A DNA stretch of 64,000 bases, taken from a virus. The notes under the pieces were generated by a model. The model made no database searches and was not told where the DNA came from. It saw only the letters and a program-made list of their open reading frames with translations. Made by a program: the position numbers and the translations under genes. Shown here in pieces: positions 38,901-47,729 of the stretch. Position 1 is the first letter of the stretch, and each line of letters opens with the position of its first letter. The DNA lies in IMG/VR virus record IMGVR_UViG_3300025809_000014, positions 33,656 through 97,655 of that record; one strand, written 5' to 3'.

Positions 38901-41900
38901 ATGGAGGAATTAAACAAAGGGATATAGATTTAACTAGATACTTGATACCAGGTGTACAATCATTAGGTCCTAAGGAAGAGTACTCTATAAATAACTGGAA
39001 CAGAGAGACTTCTGTATTTATAAAAACATTAGACGAAAGAGAATTACCTAGCAATGCTACGGTGTCCATTCCTCCTATACCTTTTCCAAGTCAAACACCT
39101 AGTCTACTTAGTGGAGGAGATCCTCTTATAGAAGATAAATCTAGATTTACAATAGGTAATAAAGGTGCATGTGCTACTCCTGAAAAAGAACAAGATCTTA
39201 CAGTAGTATCATATTACGCATCTATGAAAAACATTTTTCCAAATCAATATGGACAAATATATTCATATACTACTATTGATACAGGATATCAAGCACTAAT
39301 ACAAGATAACAAAACTTCTACAATATTTGGTGGAGACACATTTATTTCTAGATTTGCGTTTAAAACCAAACTACCATTCTTTATAGATAATAGAGTGAAT
39401 GCTCCTGATGATAGTGATATATTCTATGATGAGATTGGTAATATTGGATACCCAAGATTTTGGCACTCTTCAAGATCTATATTAGAAGATTATGACTTAG
39501 AGGAGAACGGTGAAATAACTCCTGTAAGAAACTTAATTTCATATAAGGCACACAACTTTGATTGTCCTAATGATCCATCTACTATAGAACCAGGAGGAGG
39601 AGCATATAGAACTTTCTATGATGGGTATATGTATTTATTTGCATACGGTATTCCAAACTTCTACTGTGAAACTACATACAACACAGACTTGCGTCAAGCT
39701 TTTAATAATAAAGAAGGAGACTTCTGGCCTCATGTAAGTTCTGGCATTCCTGATGATTGGTTACAAGAAACAAACGTACCTATTGCACAGGATAACACGT
39801 ATTATTATAATGTGACATATTCTAAACAGAATAAAGAAAATGTATTTTCACATCTACCTCCAGATTGGAAAGATGACTTATGTTACACAGTGTTTCCATT
39901 TAGAGCTATTTATTCAGATGCAGCTATAACAACTGCTGACTCTAGAGTTAATAACTGGTTAGTTTATAGAGCATTATCGTTTCATGACTTTCCACAAAAT
40001 TATGGAAACCTTACATCATTAGATGGTATTCAAAACAAAGCAATCCTTGCACGATTTGAGAATAAATCATTACTATACAATAATCTATTGACTATTGACA
40101 CTAGTAATCCTCAAGCAGCATATATAGGTAACCCTAGATTATTTGATGCATCTCCACCAATTGATTTTGCTGAAACAGATCTTGGTTATGTAGGAAGCCA
40201 GAATAAGTTTTTATTAAAAATACCTCAAGGGCAAATAACTATAGATGCAAAAAGAGGACAAGTATTCTTAGTTTCAGGAACTAAAGTTCAAGATCTTACA
40301 GCGTTTGGTTCTGGTGTAAATAGATTCATGGCAGATCATTTACCTTTTGAAATACTTCAACACTTTCCTAATGTAGATACTGACAATCATTTTAATGGTA
40401 TTGGATTACATGGTGTATATGATAGTAAGTTTGAAAGAGTAATTATTACCAAGCGTGATTATATTCCTCTTCGTAATAATATTCAATATGATGAAGATAC
40501 AGGAGAGTTTTATATTGAAGGTAAAGTTGCGCCTCTTTTTGCACAAGCAGACCCAACATCAAAATTACCAAATAACTGTAGTGGATATATAAGCACAACA
40601 TTTGAAGGAACTCTACTAATTGAATATATTCCTTGTGGGGATGATTTTGTTGAGACTCTTTCGTTTGAGTGTGGAGGTAATAGTTGTGGAGGAATTATAG
40701 TGCCATGTGCTGAACAAATATTATCTACTAATGTAACTCTTATACCACTGGCGAACGGTTGTGGAGAAGAAACAACTACTACTACTACTAGTACATCTTT
40801 AACAACTACTACTACTAGTACATTTCCAACAACAACAACTACTAGTACATCTTCCTCAACTACAACTACAACAACTACAGTACAGGTGACTACCACTACT
40901 ACAACTTTAGAAGAAGTTCCTAGTGATCCTCCAAGACATATTGTATATCTTGTTGAAGATGAAAAATACTTCTGTAATAAATCTTGGACAATCTCTTTTG
41001 ACTTTAATACAAAGAGTTGGATATCTTTTCATTCATATATTCCAAACTTTTATATAGGAGAGAATAACTTCTTTTATTCAGGAACAAATGGATGTTGTAC
41101 AGATAATGGTTTTGGAAATCTTGAAGTTATAGCAGGTGAATTATTACCTCCTACTTTACCAACAACTACTACAACTACTACAAAAACAACATTGTTTCCA
41201 ACAACAACTACTACTAGTACAAAAAGAGAGATTGTCATAGAAAATGGTGAGGTTTCACCTACTTCTTGTGAACTAGTTGGTGGTGTAGGAATAATAACAA
41301 TAACTACTACTACAACAGCTCCATGTTATACTCCGTCAGAGGATTCAATAACTGATAGTTTTTTAGAAGGATATCAAATAGTTGGAGGATCTCCAACAAT
41401 TAGCACAGGTTCAGCAGAAGATGCGTGTAGAGCAATGAATTTAATATCTCCAAACATATTAGGAATTAGTATACAAGTTTCTTATGATAGTTATGGTATA
41501 GGTGAAGCAGTATATGTTTGGGAACCACTAGTTCCATACTGTGAAGGTCTTTCAGAAGGTTGGTATTCTAATACAGAAAATCCCAATAGTGTCTTTTATG
41601 TAGCTTCTAATTCTAGAATTGAACAAATAGAATATTGTGATTCCTGTTTAACTACAATCACTACTGTAGCTCCTCCACCAGAACTAGATGAGTGTTGTGG
41701 ATTTATTTCAGTAACTCCTGATGGCTTATATATAAGTGGAGGTTCTGAAGACTCTACTTCACAAGATGGTTATCCAACTGTTCCAGGGTTTGTATACTCA
41801 GCAACAACAGGTGTTGCTTTTACGTCAAGTAAGTTATGGACTATAGATACAGACATAAAAGAATGGGATATTACACTTTCTCCATTTACAGCAACATTTA

Positions 41901-42625
41901 ATAGAGATATTACTTTTGGAGAAACACCATCTTTTGCAGGTAACATTGCAATAAGTAATACGGCATTATTAGGTGTAGATTCTACTACAGCTCCACAAAA
42001 GATTATAGAAATAAACGTTGAAGCAAATACAGCTGTAATAAATGTACAATTTGAAATACAACTAAACAGAGTTGTGGAAAGTAATTTATTATACACTATA
42101 GAAAATAAGTTAGTTTTAATATCTAAAGACGGACTAGACTACTACATTACACAATTTGATTACTCTAACGGTAATGTTGAATTAGATGTAAGTCTTGGAC
42201 AACTTACTGGACGTATTATGTTATTTGAATGTAACTGTGTAATTAACATTATAGTTGACGGTACATTATACATATTTGATCCAATCCAAGGACTTGTTGA
42301 TGTAACTGAAACAGGTAATCGGCCTGCTCCACCAGGTGAGAGTGAGGTATTTTATAAAACACTGAGCCAATCAGCAGCATATCTAAATTGTGGAATTGAA
42401 AATACAACCACAACAAGTACCAGTACGTCTACCACAACTAGTACCACTACACTTTCACCAACATGTTATGAGTATGAAGTAAGTGGACCGATAGCAACAT
42501 ACTATACAGATTGTTTTGGTCAACAACAAGTAATAAGTTTAGGTAGTGGACAAACACAAATAGTATGTGCAGGTCTAGGAATAATAGGAGCAACATTAAT
42601 AGGACCATGTAACAACCCAGTTTAA
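35948..42625 (+). CDS. tail stabilisation / muzzle protein with Thr-rich insertions
   Basis: 2225 aa; YALNA..NEPGN, LYWTDGVNPRRY, GYMRDEVYAF, IRHHKFPD, FGGDTFISRF, SWISFHSYIP. Confidence 0.8.
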   Translation: MAKQQSKKDSDKTKKQGNIRLNPSVARTGLNLDSSINQVGPGRLTYALNAAVENFDSSSVNYQNEPGNELCLDFPSGYKLIGSHFISEKRKNIFFLANPSTGGSEIGFMDNNDCQYQTLVNAPCLNFDVNHPIPKIVHRITNCTTELYWTDGVNPRRYLDIENIPYVITLEQDGSVCNSTETDQLDCNQLKLQPNFDIPQLMITQIRNVGNLTAGTYQFAIQYSDASGNELTSYYSVTNPLPIADEFTTTVNFDYPVGKSIVVGVSNLDLSGQFEYYNLAVIKTINNITSVEIVGTYSIEDSTREVTYTGGDQSPIQLSISDIFEKFPYYDIAQDVTAVQDVLVWDNLTSIDRINYQSIANQITLGWETHRIPADENYADELNAVNLRGYMRDEVYAFEIVFLLKNGKQTDGFHIPGRERGNSESYPDVADSGPNQNNDFIGDPDYYAGDVGFKPWWKIYNTASVTGASPGQSSNPNYKGPWEYGEFSYWESTETYPCEPDVWGDLSEQPIRHHKFPDVAVSPIIENGTIVYDNNKIVPTMQNDAVFPIGVRLDNLQVSTLIENSGLTQDQKDDIVAYKIVRADRGTNKSVIAKGILRNVNKYTRDEEDYYYPNYPYNDLSSDPYVLANNNAWSAESKPYLVYLQATEPDTSTFLTILQGLEVVVNDSEGVFEYTSALNGKVTQAVIQVDEVVEICSLTRPVPLLGRMVIGPGDYDVWRVFTDNTSIPPSCGHRIRWQDPFTDWNDTPYVSEVARTQYMFDNGPLGKSKKYTVITEVGAPEPEVIYCGRVWIGWWVDCCRPRQTKMEEEVFAAGEVENPPGVKKGSDFEGDSTSNNGWYGRRTKSRRSSLGCNAEKPQPSIGEQEDGEITYRQVFNSPETSFGQPFLGSVLKLESVMFGAGKAHWVQVKDNANYKLLSKEAQQDALDSSKKMADLSDPQSLGVMFTAYQAYLTIYVNGITRKNYGMSFNSRANYDYSYDIANNTNGGIKQRDIDLTRYLIPGVQSLGPKEEYSINNWNRETSVFIKTLDERELPSNATVSIPPIPFPSQTPSLLSGGDPLIEDKSRFTIGNKGACATPEKEQDLTVVSYYASMKNIFPNQYGQIYSYTTIDTGYQALIQDNKTSTIFGGDTFISRFAFKTKLPFFIDNRVNAPDDSDIFYDEIGNIGYPRFWHSSRSILEDYDLEENGEITPVRNLISYKAHNFDCPNDPSTIEPGGGAYRTFYDGYMYLFAYGIPNFYCETTYNTDLRQAFNNKEGDFWPHVSSGIPDDWLQETNVPIAQDNTYYYNVTYSKQNKENVFSHLPPDWKDDLCYTVFPFRAIYSDAAITTADSRVNNWLVYRALSFHDFPQNYGNLTSLDGIQNKAILARFENKSLLYNNLLTIDTSNPQAAYIGNPRLFDASPPIDFAETDLGYVGSQNKFLLKIPQGQITIDAKRGQVFLVSGTKVQDLTAFGSGVNRFMADHLPFEILQHFPNVDTDNHFNGIGLHGVYDSKFERVIITKRDYIPLRNNIQYDEDTGEFYIEGKVAPLFAQADPTSKLPNNCSGYISTTFEGTLLIEYIPCGDDFVETLSFECGGNSCGGIIVPCAEQILSTNVTLIPLANGCGEETTTTTTSTSLTTTTTSTFPTTTTTSTSSSTTTTTTTVQVTTTTTTLEEVPSDPPRHIVYLVEDEKYFCNKSWTISFDFNTKSWISFHSYIPNFYIGENNFFYSGTNGCCTDNGFGNLEVIAGELLPPTLPTTTTTTTKTTLFPTTTTTSTKREIVIENGEVSPTSCELVGGVGIITITTTTTAPCYTPSEDSITDSFLEGYQIVGGSPTISTGSAEDACRAMNLISPNILGISIQVSYDSYGIGEAVYVWEPLVPYCEGLSEGWYSNTENPNSVFYVASNSRIEQIEYCDSCLTTITTVAPPPELDECCGFISVTPDGLYISGGSEDSTSQDGYPTVPGFVYSATTGVAFTSSKLWTIDTDIKEWDITLSPFTATFNRDITFGETPSFAGNIAISNTALLGVDSTTAPQKIIEINVEANTAVINVQFEIQLNRVVESNLLYTIENKLVLISKDGLDYYITQFDYSNGNVELDVSLGQLTGRIMLFECNCVINIIVDGTLYIFDPIQGLVDVTETGNRPAPPGESEVFYKTLSQSAAYLNCGIENTTTTSTSTSTTTSTTTLSPTCYEYEVSGPIATYYTDCFGQQQVISLGSGQTQIVCAGLGIIGATLIGPCNNPV

Positions 42626-42626
42626 T

Positions 42627-43490
42627 ATGAAAACAATAGTAATAAAATTAACTTTTTCTGGACCAAATGCAGGCCCATTTGACATACTTACTCAGTTAAA
42701 AGAGGTATTGTTGTCATCTGTGACTAGAGGTCAGTTAATAAATGGAATTACTGTTGATGTTGAAGATGATGCTTCGTCAATTATAATCAGATCAAATGGA
42801 GATTGTGAATTTGAAAAATTTATACCACTTATAGATATTCCTATAGATGAATATCAGGCAGCTACATATAGTCAAGACACCACAGGGTGCTTATGGACAC
42901 ACCTAAAGAATCCACAGATATATAATTATTACTATGGTAATATTGAACCTTACATTATAGAATACCCATTTGCTTATAAATATAATGATGAGATACTTCA
43001 GAATGTAAAAGACTATAGTAAAGTGTATAGATACTTACCTGCAGTATCTGGATCTTTTGATAGTAATAGAAAGGTACAAATAGATGATAAATGGTTTAAC
43101 AAGGCTGTACTATACAACGGTCAACAATCTACAGGATTGTTAGAACTTGTTCCTAAGCCAGAAAATAATCTGTCAGAATATATGCAATATCCTATATTAA
43201 ACAGTGACAGTAAGACTATTACATTTACCAAAAGTGATAACTTTTATCAGTATAACACATTCTGGGCATTACAGAAAAATGAGCAGATACCACTATTTAA
43301 TACATCTTGTAAATCTCTTTCTATTGATAAAATTATTAATCAATCTAATATGGACTATGGTCCTAAATCATTTGGTAAGTCAACCCTTAGAGCTAAAAAC
43401 TTAAAGGTGAGACATATACTTGATGACTCATCAACAACACACATTATAAGTCAGTTTATTGTAACACCATCACAAATATCATATAAGTAA
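42627..43490 (+). CDS. GPFD-domain fused to probable muzzle C-terminal fragment
   Basis: N-terminus GPNAGPFDI...IIIRSNGDC; then LWTHL..YNYYYG..PYIIEYPF, FNKAVLYNGQQSTGLLEL. Confidence 0.7.
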   Translation: MKTIVIKLTFSGPNAGPFDILTQLKEVLLSSVTRGQLINGITVDVEDDASSIIIRSNGDCEFEKFIPLIDIPIDEYQAATYSQDTTGCLWTHLKNPQIYNYYYGNIEPYIIEYPFAYKYNDEILQNVKDYSKVYRYLPAVSGSFDSNRKVQIDDKWFNKAVLYNGQQSTGLLELVPKPENNLSEYMQYPILNSDSKTITFTKSDNFYQYNTFWALQKNEQIPLFNTSCKSLSIDKIINQSNMDYGPKSFGKSTLRAKNLKVRHILDDSSTTHIISQFIVTPSQISYK

Positions 43491-46400
43491 TGGCAAAAGG
43501 TTTAACAGCATCTAAAGCAAAGAAGATACTCGAAGATGGAACAGTTCGAGGTAAAGCGCTTACAGAGAAACAAAAGAAGTTCTTTGGAGCTGTTGCTGGT
43601 GGTGCTACGCCTTTAAAAAAGCTGAACGGTGGTTGGTTAGATAAATTTGGTATGGGAGGAAGCCTTCCAGGTGCATCAGGTATGATGTATGCACGTACGT
43701 CTGGAACATCTCCTGAAGAACCTAAGAGAGCTCAAGATGGAACAGTAATGTATGGTACGCCTGAATATAAAAAAGCATATGAAGAAGGTACATTTGCAGA
43801 TATCCCTAATCAACTAGAGGAAGTGGTAGTTACAGCAGGTGTAGATTATGAAAAATATCCTCTGTATGATAAACTCTCTGCACAACAGAAAGAGTATTTT
43901 AAGGATCCAGGACCTATCGGTAGAGGTGTAAGAAGAGCTGCTCAAACAGATAGAGGATTAGCTGAGGATACAAGAGATATGGTGACAGGTATGTTAGTAA
44001 AACAACCTTTAGCTGCATTACAAGCTCCTCAATCACTTATGGTGGAGGGCATAGAAGCATTAAGAGGTAGAGATGCTAACTTCTTAAATGCCCTTACATT
44101 TGATACACAAAGATTACCATCTCAAACAATGGGGTTTGAAGATAAACCTGGATGGGATCTAGGAGGTTCTTTAAACACTACTATGGATGTAGTAGCAGAT
44201 CCACTAAATATTGTTGGTGTAGGACTTGCAAAAAATGCAATTAAAAAATTTACTACACCTCTTAAGAATATTGGTAAGTACTATAGAAACCCTTTAGGAG
44301 ATGCTTTTAAAATAGGGAATGATAATCCTAGAATACCAACCTTTCTTACTAGAGGTCAGAATCCACCAAATCCACTTAGGAGTAACCCTAAGATGGATGC
44401 GGATAATTTTATGCAATCATGGACAAATCCTAACAATCCAAGTTTTGTGTCTAAGTTTGATGATCAGATATTAAAGCCTTTTCCTATGGCATCAATGAAT
44501 GAGAATTATCTTAAAGTTAAGACAAGAGAACTAAATGTGTTGCAACAACAATTAGATGATTTTGTGGAAGCAACAGGTAGTAATGTTCTTCCTAAAGCAA
44601 AATCTCTTCAAAAAAGTATCGATGCTTTAACCAGTGAAATCAATATGTTCTATCGTCCAATACGTGGTAACCTGGCAAGAAACAACATGAAATCAATACA
44701 GGCTGGCGAGTTTAATACTGTATATAGTACTACAGGAGTCCAACCTGGATCTGGAGGAACATACTTTGTCCCTAGTGCTGATCAACCTATGAACACTTGG
44801 AAATATATGTATCCAAATAAACCAAATACAAGGGGTGTAGGTAATAATAGTGTTGTTAAAATAAGAGAGGTGCCTGTAGGAGCTACTGAGGCTGCTAAAA
44901 CTAAAGCGAGAACAAGCGAAATGTTAACAGGTATACATGAAACTCTTGGTCATGCTAGTAATGCAGGAGGAGCTGCTTTAACTAGACAGACTAACGACTT
45001 AATTAAAAGTGCACTTAAACCCAATCTCAAAATAAAAGAAGGTACAAGTAAATGGGTGACAGATTTTATAGGACCTAAAGCAACTTATAAAGACTGGGCA
45101 AAATATTTACAAGAGCCTACAGAAATGATTGCAAGGGTAATGGAACTTAGAAGACAATACATTAACCCAAAATACTGGGGAACTGGTAAACAATATGATA
45201 TACCAGATAAGTTAATTGACAGAATATTTAGAGATGGACTCTCTGGTAAGTCTAAAGTAAATGCAGACTTCTTTAGAGTTATAGATAAAAAAGGACTTAA
45301 GAAACTAATGAAGGGGTTATATGCTACAATACCAATGGCTGTAGGAGCTGATGGATTATTAGAGTATGAAACTCCTAAATATAAAGATGGTGGTAAAACA
45401 CCTAAAGCTCAAGATGGAATTGGAAAAAAGGTAGCATCTATAGCAAGTCAAATGGAAGCTAATGAAGAAGATGGTGGAAGACCACCGTTAGGTGTAGTAG
45501 ATCACATCAGGGCACTTTTTGATGAAGAAGGTTTATGTAGAGATAATACATGTGTTCAGACAGTAAAAGATTTTTATAGTAAAGCTGGTATAGAGGCTAT
45601 GCCTAAAGATGTTTATAATAATAGAGAGTTTTTAAAGAACTTTAAAGAGTATGGGTTTGAAGAAATATTAGATCAGAAAAATCTTCAACCAGGAGATGTG
45701 TTACAATACTACTATGGTCCAGATAGTGAAGATGTAAAGGAAGATCCATCATATTTAAACTTTCCATATCACATGGGCGTTTATGTAAACCCTGGAGAGT
45801 ACATTGGAGATGGAGATAGTGAAGCTCCTATTCAAAGAAAAAATATGTATACAGGTACTAAGGATGGAAAAGAATATAAGAAGGATCCATTCAGAGCATT
45901 TAGATATACTAGACAAAACAAAAATGGTGGATGGTTATCTAAATATGAGAACGGTGGTGTGATAGAAGATGACAGAGGACAATGGGCACACCCAGGAAAG
46001 GTAACTAAAATAAACTCCAACAATATAACAATGAAGGGTGTTAACTACCCTGTACTTGGAGTATCTGACACTGGTGATAAGAAGATGATGCAACCAGGAA
46101 AAGATTACAAGTTTAATGGTAACTCTGTTACAGAGTACCCTATGGCTCAAGAGGGTGCTGGTGTAAATAAAGAAGGAGTAAAACAATATAAGTGGTTTAA
46201 AAATTACATGAGGTCTCCTAAATATAAAGAGAGATTAAAAAAAGAATTTCCTGATTATAGTGATAATCAAATAGGACAAGAAGTAAAATCTAGATTAGAG
46301 AATGTAATGCAAACACGTGTAGGTTTCTTACCTAGATCTAGTGAGATTTCTACAGGAGTAGGTGACACACAAGGTGTGTACGATGCTGATGAATACCCAG

Positions 46401-47725
46401 GTGCAATTATGTTAAGGCCTGAATATTCTGCAAGTACATCTGATGCTTTATTTAAACCTGGTAATTATTTAAGTGGTTATAACACTATACCATTACATGA
46501 GTGGAGTCATGCAGCTGATGATGGCGGTAATAGAATGCCACAATCTACAACTGATTTAATGCTTTCTAAAATGAAAGAAAATTCTTTAGGTATATCTAAA
46601 GATAAATATTACTATACAAGACCTACAGAGTACTTAGGAAGAATGCAACCTCTTAGATATCTTATGCAACAAGAAGGATTATATGATGCAGGTACACAAG
46701 ACTTTACAAAAGAAGATTTAGAAAAAGCAAAACAAAATAAAACAATAAAGAACAACCAGCACTTTCAAGACTTAATGAAAAATGTTAATTCAGATGAAGA
46801 TTTTATTGAGTTAATGAATAAGGTGGCATCTGTAGATAACTCTAGATCAGAGTACCCTGTGGCACAGGATGGACTTAAAACTAAAGCAGCAACACCAAGC
46901 TTTCCATATATAAACAGAGTTCCTGACACTTCACCTCAAGTTGACTTTTTAAAAGACTGGACAAATTCTACAAGAGGTCAAGAACTATTAAGTAATAGTT
47001 TTGATGGAGATGAAAAAGATATAGAGAAACTAACTTACAAAAGAATAAACAATTTAGATAACGTTGATTTTAGTATAGACGATCATGCTAGTGATTTCTT
47101 AGGTAGATATAATCGTAACAGGCATGACATTAAACTAAACTCTAGTCTTCTAGATACATCAGAACCTAAACTAATAGGTAATCAAGATAAAGATGTAGTA
47201 CTTCATGAGTTGTCACACGCTCAAGATTTCTCACCAGGTGCTGAGTTTAACAGAATAACCATACCTTTTAGTGATCAAAAGCTTATTAATAAATATAGAA
47301 AGAGAACTATTAAGGACACAAAGAAATTAGATGCACCTAGAAACGTTAGAAGAGATATTAAAGATAGGGTAAACTATATAGGTGATCCGACAGAAACTAG
47401 AGCAAGACTTAATTCTATTAGATATTTCTATGAAACTAGTCCAATTGGAAAAGAGGAAGGAATGCCTAGCATCTTTGATTCAGAGGTAACTCCTGACATG
47501 ATGGAAGTGATGAAAGATAATGCACAGTTTAGAGAGTTGCAAGAGGTATATGACGATGAGGAGATACTGGAACTTTTAAATACTGTATCAGATAACAGTA
47601 AGTCTTCTGATCCTTCTAACATGGCATATGCAAAAGAGGGAGAATCTTTGGTAGCCTTAGATCAATTAACTAACTTTACGAACTATAACACACCACAACC
47701 AGGAGGCTGGTTAGACAAATACTAA
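43490..47725 (+). CDS. multi-cassette cargo protein: three zincin metallopeptidase-like domains and one NlpC/P60-like domain
   Basis: HETLGH (44936), HEWSH (46496), HELSH (47204), each followed by PTE..R; TCVQTV..LQPGDVL..HMGVY. Confidence 0.75.
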   Translation: MAKGLTASKAKKILEDGTVRGKALTEKQKKFFGAVAGGATPLKKLNGGWLDKFGMGGSLPGASGMMYARTSGTSPEEPKRAQDGTVMYGTPEYKKAYEEGTFADIPNQLEEVVVTAGVDYEKYPLYDKLSAQQKEYFKDPGPIGRGVRRAAQTDRGLAEDTRDMVTGMLVKQPLAALQAPQSLMVEGIEALRGRDANFLNALTFDTQRLPSQTMGFEDKPGWDLGGSLNTTMDVVADPLNIVGVGLAKNAIKKFTTPLKNIGKYYRNPLGDAFKIGNDNPRIPTFLTRGQNPPNPLRSNPKMDADNFMQSWTNPNNPSFVSKFDDQILKPFPMASMNENYLKVKTRELNVLQQQLDDFVEATGSNVLPKAKSLQKSIDALTSEINMFYRPIRGNLARNNMKSIQAGEFNTVYSTTGVQPGSGGTYFVPSADQPMNTWKYMYPNKPNTRGVGNNSVVKIREVPVGATEAAKTKARTSEMLTGIHETLGHASNAGGAALTRQTNDLIKSALKPNLKIKEGTSKWVTDFIGPKATYKDWAKYLQEPTEMIARVMELRRQYINPKYWGTGKQYDIPDKLIDRIFRDGLSGKSKVNADFFRVIDKKGLKKLMKGLYATIPMAVGADGLLEYETPKYKDGGKTPKAQDGIGKKVASIASQMEANEEDGGRPPLGVVDHIRALFDEEGLCRDNTCVQTVKDFYSKAGIEAMPKDVYNNREFLKNFKEYGFEEILDQKNLQPGDVLQYYYGPDSEDVKEDPSYLNFPYHMGVYVNPGEYIGDGDSEAPIQRKNMYTGTKDGKEYKKDPFRAFRYTRQNKNGGWLSKYENGGVIEDDRGQWAHPGKVTKINSNNITMKGVNYPVLGVSDTGDKKMMQPGKDYKFNGNSVTEYPMAQEGAGVNKEGVKQYKWFKNYMRSPKYKERLKKEFPDYSDNQIGQEVKSRLENVMQTRVGFLPRSSEISTGVGDTQGVYDADEYPGAIMLRPEYSASTSDALFKPGNYLSGYNTIPLHEWSHAADDGGNRMPQSTTDLMLSKMKENSLGISKDKYYYTRPTEYLGRMQPLRYLMQQEGLYDAGTQDFTKEDLEKAKQNKTIKNNQHFQDLMKNVNSDEDFIELMNKVASVDNSRSEYPVAQDGLKTKAATPSFPYINRVPDTSPQVDFLKDWTNSTRGQELLSNSFDGDEKDIEKLTYKRINNLDNVDFSIDDHASDFLGRYNRNRHDIKLNSSLLDTSEPKLIGNQDKDVVLHELSHAQDFSPGAEFNRITIPFSDQKLINKYRKRTIKDTKKLDAPRNVRRDIKDRVNYIGDPTETRARLNSIRYFYETSPIGKEEGMPSIFDSEVTPDMMEVMKDNAQFRELQEVYDDEEILELLNTVSDNSKSSDPSNMAYAKEGESLVALDQLTNFTNYNTPQPGGWLDKY

Positions 47726-47729
47726 TAAT

